Positions 37,640 to 50,750 of a stretch of DNA of 64,000 nt are shown piece after piece (the first letter of the stretch is position 1; every line of letters begins with the position of its first letter). Origin of the DNA: Octopus sinensis (taxonomy: Eukaryota); contig NC_043001.1 in the NCBI RefSeq assembly GCF_006345805.1, positions 61,752,001-61,816,000 of the forward strand, written 5' to 3'. Both the position numbers and the translations under genes were made by a program. A model generated the notes under the pieces. The model did not search any database, had not been told where the DNA came from, and worked only from the letters and a program-made list of their open reading frames with translations.

Positions 37640-38467
37640 TTGATAAGTACATTCCTTCGTTAACGAAAAAACTTAAACTTGTAGACTGGTTCAGCTCTAT
37701 TGATAATAATCTAAACACTAAATTTATTTAGTTTGACATCTGTAGTTATAATCCCTCTATTAATCCCATCATCCTTGATAAAGCCCTATGGTTCGCGCAT
37801 AATAAATCAGGCCTCACTCGGGATGAAATTGTGTTGTTTTAACAGACAGAAAATCTATTGTCAAATTTGATAATAAATTTTGGGTTTGTAAAGATCGACC
37901 TGACTGCTTTGATATACCTATGGGGTCTGGAGATTCAGCTCAAATTTCCGATTCGGTCGATATTTATATTCTATCAGAAATGGCCGACTAATTCCCATAT
38001 ATCCTCAGAGGTTTATATCGCGACGACTGCCTGATTTACCTCTAAAACTTCTCTAATGAGAAATTATAAAATGTTAAATATAATCTTGTTAAATTTTTTA
38101 GTAATATGGGCCTAAATATTACCTTCGATGATGATAGAACAAATTTTAATTTCCTTGACCTTACGCTTAATTTAAATACAGCTTTATATTTCCCATGCAT
38201 AAACCTTCAACCAATCTAAAATACATCAGCATTTTTAGCAATCACCTACTAATATAATTAAAAAAATTGGTTTAAAACGCTTAGAATCTCTAAATTGACC
38301 GCCAATATAAACGTTTTCAATAAGAAAGATGATTTCTATAATCCGGCCTTATATAAGTCAGGGCATAAGAGTAAATTAAGTATTATAACCATCTTGACCC
38401 TGGTTCAAACTCTATATAATCTGGTAGATAGTAATTATGCTACTACTACCACAACAACTACTACTTC

Positions 38468-38514
<47 letters not shown>

Positions 38515-39320
38515 GAGTTTCTCCCGTAGATAATAATCCGGATAATAACCCCTTATATCGAAATAGCCAAAGTTCTTATAAATTTCTCTCTATAAATCGC
38601 ATAACCCTAAATATTTGGCTTATCAATCCATACGGAAAAATGTTAATACTGACCTTCCTTACCTATTTCGTCAACCCATCGAAAGGAATTTTCCCAAAAA
38701 TTCCAGGTACCACTCTATTTTCAACACCCACCGTATCGGAACTGCCTTTTCCAACACCATAACCTCCTACAAACTGTATCCTCGCATAACAATTATATTC
38801 TTAATGGTAAAAGGCTTTCACTTAATAACTGTAATAACATTATTAATAATAACGATAATCTCTCCTTAAATAGTAGTATCAATAGTAATAGTCCTTGTAA
38901 TTATGGTTTGAATAAAACTTGCGTTCTCAACGGAAATAGCAGAATTATAAACGTTGTTTACCAATTGTAAAATTACTGCAGGATCTAAAGAATTCTTTCA
39001 TTTCGGACTTTCATTTACGGAATTAAAAATATGTCTTACCAACCACCTTTCTACATTTTAATACATTCATAAACGTAATTCTACAGATCTTAGTAAACAA
39101 TTTGGTATCTCAAAGACTGTAATAAACAATTTTCTTTGGATTGGAAAATGTTATCAATATTATTTCTCTACGGTAAAGGGAAATCCTTTTGCCCTTTTTG
39201 TACTGAACACACACTGGTCAACACTTATAAAGAACGTGTTCATAGGTGTCTACATTGGAAAAAACACTCTTTCACCTATTTCAAATAATATCTATCTCGC
39301 TTACCTAATAATATCTGCAA
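37640..39320 (+). mobile_element. Decayed PLE, same clade as 40463-49140
   Basis: FDIPMGSGDSAQISD and GLYRDD RT motifs; (AAT)n linker; IWLINPYG; degenerate C-terminal GIY-YIG. Confidence 0.8.
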
Positions 39321-39507
39321 CTTAATCTTTATTCTTTCATCCCATACCTCTTATTCTTTTCTCTCGTTCTTTGTTCCTTCTCTTTTTCTCTCGTCCTATG
39401 ATGTAAATTTCCTACGGCATTTTAAAAATTACTTGCGTTCTCTATCCAACTTTGTTTTCCATATATGTATATGTATCTATATATATGTGTGTGTGTGTGT
39501 GTTTGTA

Positions 39508-39547
<40 letters not shown>

Positions 39548-39560
39548 CAAATGTGTGTAT

Positions 39561-40262
39561 ATCAAATCAAATCAAATTTATTGGTAGGAGAAGAGCATAC
39601 TGTGCTTAAGCCATGTAAAAAACAGCAGTTATTGTTATATACAGTTTTAAACATAGTCGCTACAGTTGTCCAGAGTCTCTTTGAACAGGGGAGTGGTGGG
39701 CAGTTGAATGACATCTTGTGGGAAGTTGTTCCAAGGGGCTGCGATAAGGACGCAGACTGCGATCTTCTGCCTATTGAGTCTAAAGTGCCGGGGATAGAGT
39801 TTGCGATCATACCCACAAAGGCCTCTATCCGGCGCAGGGGTGAAACACTCAGCAAATGGTAGGTTTACATTCCCGTTGAAGATGTTGAAAGCCAGAATGA
39901 AATCTCCCCGCATCCTCCGTAGTTCGAGTGAAGGTAATGCTAGCCCGCGACCATTCAAGTGGCTAAGTGCTGAATCCGTTCCAGGTGTTGAATGTCTTTC
40001 TGGAGATATGGGTTTGAGGCCTGGGTGCAATATTCGAACTAGAGTGATGTATAAAGGCCGAAAGATGTTCATTGAATGGTTGACAAAGAGCCTGTGGATG
40101 AGGAAGAGATTCCTTCTGGCTTTGTTCACCGCCTCGATACACTGCCGTGTTGGTTTGAAAGGAGTATCGATCATTATGCTGAGATCCTTTTCTTCAGAGA
40201 CCATCTTAAGATGTTGGTGTTTGAGGCCAATAGTCGAGGGAGAGTTTGGCGGTGAACCTATT
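39561..40262 (-). mobile_element. CR1-like LINE 3' fragment
   Basis: EKDLSIMID..LYITLVR..LELRRMRGDFI..WNNFPQDV; ends in an (ATTTG)n tail. Confidence 0.8.
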
Positions 40263-40297
40263 GGCAAATACATGTATATGTGTATATGTGTGTGTGC

Positions 40298-40347
<50 letters not shown>

Positions 40348-40421
40348 ATGTGGGTGGGTGTGTATGTGTGTGTGTGAATACCACATACGTATACGTTCGT
40401 ATATGTAAGTATATCGAATGT

Positions 40422-40467
<46 letters not shown>

Positions 40468-40644
40468 ATAATAAATATTAGGGAATAAATCCAAATTTAC
40501 AGGGAAAAAATCAGATTTAGGATTAAATCGATTTTATAGTAAAATATTATAAAATATTATTAGAGACAAAACCACTATTTTGCAAAACAAACAAGGAAAG
40601 ACTTAATCAATACATAAAATTTTAATAAATAGTCAAAAAAACCG

Positions 40645-40687
40645 CCACTACAATCGTTTCTTGTCTTGATCGACAATCTTCAGGTGG
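40645..40687 (-). ncRNA. Hammerhead motif in the inverted pLTR
   Basis: CCAC-CTGAAGA-TTGTC gatcaa GACAA-GAAA-CGATTG-TA-GTGG; the copy at 40999-41040(+) lacks one C. Confidence 0.8.
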
Positions 40688-41273
40688 ACTTCCAATGTGT
40701 GTGATTTAGTGTATGTAGTTAGATATGGTTATATATAATTAGGTATATGTGTATGGGTGTATATATAGTTTATTATTATATTATTATTATTTTTTTTGTT
40801 TTGTTTTATATTTTATATTTTATATTTTATATTTTATATTTTATATTTAATTGTTGATAGGTTTTTTTAGTTTATATATTGTTTATATATTATAGATAGG
40901 TTATATATGGATTATATACTTATATTTTTTCATTCATACTTTAATTATTTTAAAATTATTATTTTTATATTTTAAAATTGATTTTTTAGATTGGAAGTCC
41001 ACTGAAGATTGTCGATCAAGACAAGAAACGATTGTAGTGGCGGTTTTTTTGACTATTTATTAAAATTTTATGTATTGATTAAGTCTTTCCTTGTTTGTTT
41101 TGCAAAATAGTGGTTTTGTCTCTAATAATATTTTATAATATTTTACTATAAAATCGATTTAATCCTAAATCTGATTTTTTCCCTGTAAATTTGGATTTAT
41201 TCCCTAATATTTATTATTTATATAATATTGATAATTTTGTATATTGAGTGTATACCCCTCAATTTCGTAAATT

Positions 41274-43781
41274 ATGGATTTTACAGGTAAGATAGAACCG
41301 CTGTTTTGGGATTCATCTTTGAAAGATATTCCTATTCCTTCTAGAAAGGAATTTATTTTGAAACTTGTTAATAATGTTAAAGATTTTATTTCTAGAATTA
41401 AATGGAAAGCTTTTTACTATAATTTTTATTTATTTAATGATATTGATAGTAGGAATGATAATTTTACCTCTAAATTTAAATCTAGAAAGGAACCTCCATT
41501 TAATAAAGAATTACAATTACTTGAAGATAGTATATGGAAGGTGGTAAAAAATATTGAATTCCATAAATACCCAAATAGAAATAATGAATATTAAGGAATT
41601 TAGCAATTAAAATTAAAGATATGAGAAATATGGATGGTATTATAGTACAATCTGATAAAACAAGGAACTTATATAAATTAGATGTTAAATTATATGATAA
41701 ACTATTAGGGAAAGAAATAATTAAAAAATATAAAATTGTTCCAGATGATATTCTTTATAATATTAATAAGGCCTCTATAGTAGTAATGTTAAAATATGAG
41801 TTGGATAATAAAACTGAACCTTATGTACCTTTGCACCCCAGAATTACTCTTAAAGACCATAAAGATAATTTTTATTCAGACCCTAAAGTTAGATTAATTT
41901 GCCCATGTAAATCGGATCTAGGTAAATTAAGTAAATTTATTTTAGATAAATATATTGATAAGTTAAATAAACTTAATTATTTTAAAATTATGGTTTAGTA
42001 ATAATAATACATTGAAATGGTTTAATAATATTAAAGATAAAAATCGTTATAAATTTATTCAAATAGATATAGATAATTATTATTCTTCTATTAATGAAAT
42101 TGTGTTTAATAAAGCGCTTATTTTCGCAATGAATAAAGCGGGTATGTCACGGGAAGAAGTTAATGTAATTAAAATGGCTAGGAAATCGCTAATTAAATAT
42201 AAAAATAAATTATGGGCTAGGAATGATACTAGAGATTGTTTTGATATACCTATGGGAGCACCAGATTCTGCACAGGCTACTGATTTAGTAGGTATTTTCT
42301 TTTATCTGAACTCCAATTAGAAAATCTTAAGATAGAGGGTGGTTTATATAGAGACGATCTTCTACTAGTTACAAAGAATTGTACTAATAGGAATCTAGAA
42401 GTATATAAAAAAAACTATATAGTTTCTTAAAAGATATGGTTTAAGTATTACTATATAAGGAGAATTATAATGTTAATTATTTAGATGTTAATTTTAATCT
42501 TATTACAGGTAAAACACAACCATATCATAAACTTAATGAGAACCTTAGATATATAAATGTTAATAGTAATCACCCATTTTCTATTATAAAAAAAATCGTT
42601 GATTAATAATATAAGTAAACGTATTTCATTACTCTCTTATGATATAGAGATTTTTAATAAACATGCTAATTATTATAATGAGGCCCTTAGAGGGGCAGGT
42701 TATAATAGGAATATTAAATTTTATAATATTAGTGATAAAGATTTAATTGTTAATTTTCGAGATACTTCTAATAATAATTATAATTTTGTTAGGTTTAGTG
42801 GTAAAAATAATAGATATTATAAAAAAAATAATAAAAATGATAAAAATATAAATAAGAATAATAATAATAATAATAAATATAATAATAATAAATAAAATAA
42901 GAATAATATAATAAAAATAAATTTAATGATTATTATAATAATTATATTGATAAATTTAATAATATTAATATTCCTTAAATGCTGTACATAGATATAATTC
43001 TGATAATAATTTTAATAAAATAAAGCATTATAAATATATTTATAATAATGATAATAATAATAAGGTTAATAAGAATAAAATTTGGTTAATAGTTCCTTAT
43101 GGAGATCAAGTAAAAACGAATATTATTAAAGAGATTTTAGATGTTATAGAACTATTTATTAGAGATAATCGTAAATATAGAAACATTTTCTCTTTTAATA
43201 ATTTTGGAGTTGGTTACTCTACCACTAATAATGTTGGTAACATTATTTCTTCATTTAATAATATAAACTGAATAATTTTTATAAAAAGAAATTATTTGAT
43301 AATATATTAATAATGATAAGACTTATATTAATTGTACATGTAGAGATAAATCTAATTGTATATTAATAATAATTGTGATATTAACGATGTAGTGTATAAA
43401 TGTATAGTTACATTACATGATAATAACTTTAAGAATAATAATTACAAAAAAGCGGTTTATATAGGTTCTACTTCCTCAAAAATAAAACTAAGAATCGCAC
43501 AACATATGAATTCTTTTAAAAAATAAAACTTAATCAACTCAACCGACTTAGTAAGTACATTTGGAGTCTTAATCACTAAATATTAATTATAGTTTAATTT
43601 GGGAAATAATTTGTAAAACTAAATCATATACTATAGGAGCTAATTGTTGTTATTTATGCTCTAATGAGTTTAAAGAAATTTATTTTATAAGTATGATAAT
43701 TTACTTAATACTGGTGAGGAGCGCAAAATAAAATGCAGACATAAGTTACTTTACCTATATAATAAGTTTCATGATAAATAG
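41274..43781 (+). pseudogene. PLE RT plus C-terminal GIY-YIG endonuclease, disrupted (Naiad-like, tentative)
   Basis: SLKDIPIPS..WKAF; DIDNYYSSI; FDIPMGAPDSAQATDLVG; GLYRDD; CTCRDKSNC..VVYKC..VYIGST..RIAQH; KCRH; stops and frameshifts present. Confidence 0.88.
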
Positions 43782-44928
43782 CAATAATAGTTCCCTTTTA
43801 GGTTACTTTAGTTTAGTTTAAATTAGTTTAGATAATATATTTTGGTTATGTTGTCTAGGCTTTAATTATAGTTAGTCTTTATTTATATTTCTTTGTTTTA
43901 ATTAGTTCATTTTTAATGTATATATTTTGGAGGATATATTTATATGTTTATGGGTGTTATTTAGTGGTGTTTTTATTGAGTTTTGTATGTATGTGTGAAT
44001 GTTTAAGATCCCTTTGTTTTTTGTTTTTTATTGGTATGTTGAATTGACAGATTTTATTGGGTATTGTCTGTTATAATAAAGTACACACACCCATAACAAA
44101 TATAAGTGCCCACTTCATTCGATGTACCTGGAATTGCATGTGAGCCTCGGCATATACACCTAAAGGCCACTCCCGCCCCACATGGATAAATAAACACATA
44201 CATCCCCAAAATGGGCGTAATCCCATTCACACCAATTATATGTATACAATTATACACACTAGAATAATACATAACTAACCCAAATATACAGAACATACTA
44301 AAAATCACCAACTAACCACTATCACAAATGAAACCCACCCCATACAATGACAAAATCCCCCCCTCCATACCCAATTTACACCCACATAGTAATCCCAATA
44401 TATTCATCCATATATGGACGCAAGTGCGTGAAGCACATGCACACAATTAATACGTACAACCCCCTAATACACACTTATATACATACGTATTAAGCTCGAC
44501 ATCCACAGTGATAAGATTACACCCACTCACACCCAGATGGGTGAATTGCACAACCAGGGAACGCACACACACACGTGTGCGTTTTTTGATTGTGCAATTC
44601 GCCCACATGCATGTATGCGGGTGCGATTACATTGTTGCATATATCGAGCCCAAATAGCATGCATATGTACATGTGAGGGGTACACGCAAATGACGTGCGC
44701 GTGTACCCCCTGCATTTATACCCGTGCGTGAATATACACATGGAGACTACCACACAGGTACAAATGTGTATAGTAATGGGAGCCCCATCACTACATAATG
44801 TATACTCTCACCCATCCGCACGGATGTGTAAGTGTATCTCCGGTGTATATGTTGAGGCTTATATGTAGCGTTGTGGAGGCGAATGTCGTTGAAATTGTGA
44901 ATGAATGGGTGGAGTTGGGAATTGTAAC

Positions 44929-47900
44929 CGGGTGGTGGACTAGCGTTGCTTGGAATTGGGAATTGATTAGTGTGGTAGTGAGGTAGGCATCGGGAATAGG
45001 TTTGGGTTGCTGTAGGTTGTTTGTTAGAGCTGCTAGGGTGAGCTAAAGCTCATAAATGTATATAATGATTTTTTATGGTAGTTTTTTAAAGAATCCATTC
45101 ATTATAATTTTTTTTTTTTTTTTTTTTAAGTAGTGTTGGTTTGCTACGTGGATATAGCTTTTAGTTCCATTTATTCTATTTCTCCATTCATAATTTAAAT
45201 GACGTTTAATTTCTATGGCGCGTATTCTCTCTTTTTTTTACATAAGTTATTTCTATGGTAACGTAATTTTGGTTTGGTTTTTTTTAACGGCTAAGAATTT
45301 AATTTCACTTCATTATTTGAAATTGATGTAGTATGTATTTTATTTATCCTATGTCATATTGTTATTTTGATATTCTGTTAATTACGATGTATTTAATGTT
45401 GTTTTCATAGGAGTGTTTATGTATATGAGATTGTGTGTGAGTTTTTAGTTGTATATTTTATTTATCTGTATGAGTGTGGGTGTGTAAATATTGTTGTATA
45501 TATCGAGTTTAGTGAGTATGTATATGAGTATATGTGAGGGAGTATATGTATCTGTGTGTGTGTGTGTTTTTTTGTTGTGTGTGTGTTTTTTGTGTGTGAA
45601 TGTGTATATGGGTTTGTTATTTAGGTTTTGGGATGTATGTGTTAATTTGTCTGTGTGGGGAGGGAGTGGGTTTTGGTGTATATTGAGGTTTATAAATTAG
45701 GATAGGTATGTGTATAAGTCGTGGGTCTGTGGTTTACGAGTGTGTATTGTGTGTGAATGTTTAGGTTAGGGGGATTACTATATAGGTTTGTTATAGAGTT
45801 TAGCAAAGGGAGATTTTATCGTTATATGTTTTTATGAGTTTTGGTTTATCATGGTTATTTTAGGGAATTTGTGGTAATTTGTCTATTTTCGATGTTGGTG
45901 TTTTATTACATTGTTTCATTCATAATTTTTGAGTGGTGTTCGTTTTGCCACGTGAATAACGGGGGTGGTGGACTAGCGTTGCTTGGAATTGTGAATGGAA
46001 TAGTGTAGTAGTGAGGTAGGCATAGAGAATGGGTTTGGGTTACTGCAAGTTGTTTGTTAGAGCTGCTAAGGTGAGCTAAAGCTCATAGATGTATATAATG
46101 ATTTTTCATGGTAGTTTTTTAAAGAATCCATTCATAATAAATTTTTTAAGTAGTGTTGGTTTGCCACGTGGATATAGTTTTTAGTTCCATTTTTCTATTT
46201 CTCCATTCATAATTTAAATGACGTTTAATTTCTATGGCGCGTATTCTTTTTTTACATAAGTTATTTCTATGGTAACGTAATTTTGGTTTGATTTTTTTAA
46301 CGGCTAAGAATTTAATTTCACTTCATAATTTGACACTGAATTGTAAGTATGTATTTTATTTATCCTTATGTCATATTGTTATTTTTGATATTCTGGTTAA
46401 TTACGATGTATTTAATGTTGTTTTCATAGGTGTGTTTATGTATATGAGATTGTGTGCGAGTTTTTAGTTGTATAATTTATTTATCTGTATGAGTGTGGGT
46501 GTGTAAATATTGTTGTATATATCGAGTTTAGTGAGTATGTATATGCGTATATGTGAGGGAGTATATGTATCTGTTGTGTGTGTGTGTTTTGCGTGTGTGT
46601 GTGTGTTTGTGTGTGAATGTGTATATGGGTTTGTTATTTAGGTTTTGGGATGTATGTGTTAATTTGTCTGTGTGGGAGGGAGTGGGTTTTGGTGTGTATA
46701 TTGAGGTTTATAAGTTAGTATAGGTATGTGTATAAGTCGTGGGTCTGTGGTTTACGAGTGTGTATTTGTGTGTGAATGTTTAGGTTAGGGAGATTGCTAT
46801 ATAGGTTTGTTATAGAGTTTAGCAAAGGGAGATTATCGTTATATGTTTTTAGGAGTTTTGGTTTATCATGGTTTTTTTAGGGAATTTGTGGTAATTTGTC
46901 TATTTTCGATGTTGGTTGTTTTTATTACATTTTTTTCATTCATAATTTTTGAGTGGTGTTCGTTTTGCCACGTGAATAACCGGGAGGTGGACTAGCGTTG
47001 TTTGGAATTGTGAATGGAATAGTGTAGTAGTGAGGTAGGCATAGAGAATGGGTTTGGGTTACTGCAAGTTGTTTGTTAGTCTTTTTACATAAGTTATTTC
47101 TATGGTAACGTAATTTTGGTTTGATTTTTTTAACGGCTAAGAATTTAATTTCACTTCATTATTTGACACTGAATTGTAAGTATGTATTTTATTACCTTTA
47201 TGTCATATTGTTATTTTGATATTCTGGTTAATTACGATGTATTTAATGTTGTTTTCATAGGAGTGTTTATGTATATGAGATTGTGTGCGAGTTTTTAGTT
47301 GTATAATTTATTTATCTGTATGAGTGTGGGTGTGTAAATATTGTTGTATATATCGTGTTTAGTGAGTATGTATATGCGTATATGTGAGGGAGTATATGTA
47401 TCTGTTGTGTGTGTGTGTTTTGCGTGTGTGTGTGTTTGTGTGTGAATGTGTATATGGGTTTGTTATTTAGGTTTTGGGATGTATGAGTTAATTTGTCTGT
47501 GTGGGAGGGAGTGGGTTTTGGTGTATATGGAGGTTTATAAGTTAGTTTAGGTATGTGTATAAGTCGTGGGTCTGTGGTTTACGTGTGTGTTGTGTGTGAA
47601 TGTTAGGTTAGGGGGATTACTATAGGTTTGTTATAGAGTTTAGCAAGGGCGATTTTATCGTTATATGTTTTTAAGAGTTTTGGTTTATCATGGTTTTTTT
47701 TTAGGGAATTCGTAGTAATTTGTCTATTTTCGATGTTGGTTGTTTTATTATATTGTTTCATTCATAATTTTTGAGTGGTGTTCGTTTTGCCACGTGAATT
47801 TTATTTTTATTCCATTTATTCCATTTCTCCATTCATTAATTTAGAGATGTTCGTTTCCAGAGCGGTTATACTTTTTATACATATGTTAAGTTCCTTGGTA

Positions 47901-48560
47901 AAGTAATTTTGTTGGTGTATATGTTGAGGCTTATATGTACTTGTGGGTGTGTGTGTGAGTGGGGTGGGAGTTTGTATTTGTTATGGGTGGGTGGTTTACG
48001 TGTGGTTTTTGTGTGTGAATGTATAGGTTAAAGGAATTGCTATATAAGTATGTTTTAGTGTTTAGTAAAGGAGGTTTTATCATTTCTGTTTTGTGAGTTT
48101 TAGCTTATCATGGTAGTTTTATAAAAGAATCCATTCATAATTTTGGTTTATTTGTCTGTGTGGGGTTGAGTGGGTTTTGGAGTATATGTGTGAGGTTTAT
48201 ATGTATGTATTGGTATGTGTAAGTGGTGTGGGTATTTGTATATGTCGTGGGTGTGTGTGGTTTACGTGTGTGTATTTGTGTGTGATGTTTAGGTTAGGGG
48301 GATTGCTATATAGGTTTGTTATATAGAGTTTAGTAAAGGGAGATTTTATCATTATATGTTTTTATGAGTTTTGGTTTATCATGGTAGGTTTGATAAGGAA
48401 TTCGTAGTAATTTGTGTCTATTTGCGATGTCTGTTGTTTTATTGCATTGTTTCATTCATAATTTTTAAGTAGTGTTCGTTTTACCAAGTGAATATAATTT
48501 TTAATTCCATTTATTCCATTTCTCCGTTCATAGTTTTGAGTGATGTCCGTTTTCTAGAGC
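44929..48560 (+). repeat. GT-rich tandem array of about 1.02-1.03 kb units (about 3.5 copies)
   Basis: GGTGGACTAGCGTTG recurs near 44934, 45966 and 46986; the third unit is internally deleted and the fourth is diverged. Confidence 0.92.
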
Positions 48561-49000
48561 GTGAATGTGGGTTGTATGTGTGTGTGTGTGGGAGTATGAA
48601 TAAGTATTGTGTTGAAGTATTTAGCTATTTTATTTATTTATAGTTGCCTAGACATTTTTATGTGTATGTATAGGGATATATATATAGGTGTGTGATTTAG
48701 TGTATGTAGTTAGATATGGTTATATATAATAGGTATATGTGTATGGGTGTTTGTATATTATTATATTATATTATTATTTTTTTTTGTTTTGTTTTTATAT
48801 TTTATATTTTATATTTTATATTTTATATTTATTATTAATTGTTGATAGGTTTTTTTAGTTTATATATTGTTTATATATTGATTATATATGGATTATAGAT
48901 AGGTTATATATGGATTATATACTTATATTTTTTCATTCACTTTAATTATTTTAAAATTATTATTTTTATATTTTAAAATATTGATTTTTAGATTGGAAGT

Positions 49001-49043
49001 CCACCTGAAGATTGTCGATCAAGACAAGAAACGATTGTAGTGG
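49001..49043 (+). ncRNA. Hammerhead motif in the 3' pLTR
   Basis: Same sequence as 40645-40687; GUA cleavage after 49039. Confidence 0.8.
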
Positions 49044-49185
49044 CGGTTTTTTTTTACTATTTATTAAAATTTTATGTATTGATTAAGTCTTTCCTTGTTT
49101 GTTTTGCAAAATAGTGGTTTTGTCTCTAATAATATTTTATATATATATATATATATATATTTGTACTTGTGTGCAACCTGAGTAT

Positions 49186-49244
49186 ATTCCACTGACGAAG
49201 GCAAACCATTTCTTATGAAGATCCAGAAATCCAGGATCTGGAAT
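49186..49244 (+). ncRNA. Type-I hammerhead motif of an unrelated family
   Basis: ATTCCA-CTGACGA-AGG..CCA-GAAA-TCC A GGA-TC-TGGAAT; 6-bp helix I; weak helix II; cleavage after 49238. Confidence 0.7.
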
Positions 49245-49424
49245 TATCGAGTCATTTTTTTGCTAGTTTATTTCGTCTCTTTGTTTTCTCTCCTAGTGCT
49301 ATATGAACATTTAATGTGGTATTAGAGTCAAGTTTTGGCTGCTATTTCCAGCGTGGTGGTATCTCTTCGATACCCTAAATTATAATTTTAAAAATATATA
49401 TATATGTATGTATGTATATATATA

Positions 49425-49781
49425 GCGGAGGCGCAATGGCCCAGTGGTTAGGGCAGCGGACTCGCGGTCGTAGGATCACGGTTTCTATTCCCATACCGGG
49501 CGTTGTGAGTGTTTATTGAGAAAACACCTAAAGCTCCACGAGGCTCCGGCAGTGGGTGGTGGGGAATCCTGCTGTACTCTTTCACCACAAATTTCTCTCA
49601 CTCTTTCTTCCTGTTTCTGCAGTACATGCATTTCGAAGGGCCAGGCTTGTCATACTCTGTGTCATGCTGAATCTCGCTGTGTTTGTGGAGTGCTCAACCA
49701 CTTGCACGTTAATTTCACGAGTAGGCTATTCCATTGATCGGATGAACAGGAACCCTCGCCGTCGTAACCGACGTAGTGCTC
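49425..49781 (+). mobile_element. tRNA-derived SINE
   Basis: A box TGGCCCAGTGG; B-box-like GGTTTCTATTCCC; 3' domain shared with 11940-12250. Confidence 0.8.
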
Positions 49782-50019
49782 TGGTGTATATACATATATC
49801 ATATATTGTAGTTTCTTACATCTGTTAAAATGATTTATTGATCAACACTGTTGTCTATATACTCCCTGATGCATTTTTCCACATTATTCTTCCTCTCGGA
49901 TTTATTTTAAAACCTCTATCGAAACATATGTCGGTGATATGGTGATACAAATGAGTTGAATAACATCTTGATCGTTTGTCTCCATGTCCCATTATTCTTA
50001 CACACACATACACACACAC

Positions 50020-50087
<68 letters not shown>

Positions 50088-50090
<3 letters not shown>

Positions 50091-50690
50091 GAATTTACAA
50101 AAGAACAAAAGACGAAGGCGGGTGTATAAACGTCAAACAGATGTATTAGTTTAACGCTCGGCAAGTGAGAAAGCCTTTTACGTGTCGCGCCTACGCTCAT
50201 CGACAGAAAAGAACACAGGAATAAACAGGGAGAGAAAATAGGAAAAGGTAAAGTGGCTAGCGATCTATCACGGCAAATACCGGATAGAGGAGTCACGCAT
50301 GAGAGCTAGGAAGAATAGGAGGTAATAAAGTAGTGGTGATCCCAAAAGTAAGGTGCGCGTGCGTGGGTATGTGAGAGCGTGTTGGTGCGAGTGCGTGCGT
50401 GTGGAAGGGGGCTAGTGACATTGACGTGTGTGTGTGCGCATGTGTAGGTGTGTGGATGATGGTGTAGGTGCTGAGAAGTGGTCACTGCTAGTGTGTGCAC
50501 TGGTGTGAGTGGTGGGAAGTGGTCAGTGCTAGTGTGTGCGAGGTGGTGTGATGTGGTGCGGTATGGCGGTGTGGTGGCGTGTGGTGGTGTGGTGGTGTGG
50601 TGGTGTGTGGCGTGGTGGTGTGTGGTGGTGTGGAGTGGGGATGTTAGGATGTGGGGGAGGCGAAAGTGAGGGATGCTAGGGTGGGGTGGG
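50088..50690 (-). mobile_element. Penelope (Poseidon-type) 3' tail and pLTR ending at (TA)n
   Basis: Reverse complement is colinear with 9130-9698; degenerate HHR at 50174-50211. Confidence 0.75.
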
Positions 50691-50750
50691 CTGGGTTGAG
50701 ATGTATAGGGATGGGAGTGTTGAAATGTGTAGAGTATATATATATATATA

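Larger units (their letters stand above)
40463..49140 (+). mobile_element. About 8.7-kb Penelope-like element: inverted pLTR, pLTR, ORF, 4.9-kb non-coding region, pLTR
   Basis: Inverted 40463-40696 versus 40990-41222; direct pLTRs 40697-41137 and 48688-49140; (TA)n at both outer ends. Confidence 0.9.

Noticed and set aside
39452-40481. Plus-strand ORFs of 136 and 226 aa
   Set aside because: Antisense to the CR1-like fragment and extended by microsatellite.
44673-44714. SECIS-like stem (GUGA, 10-11 bp stem, AAA loop) in the PLE 3' region; of interest because some Naiad PLEs are reported to encode selenoproteins
   Set aside because: The 3' GA of the non-Watson-Crick quartet is absent (CCTGC), and I saw no in-frame TGA at cysteine positions in the ORF.
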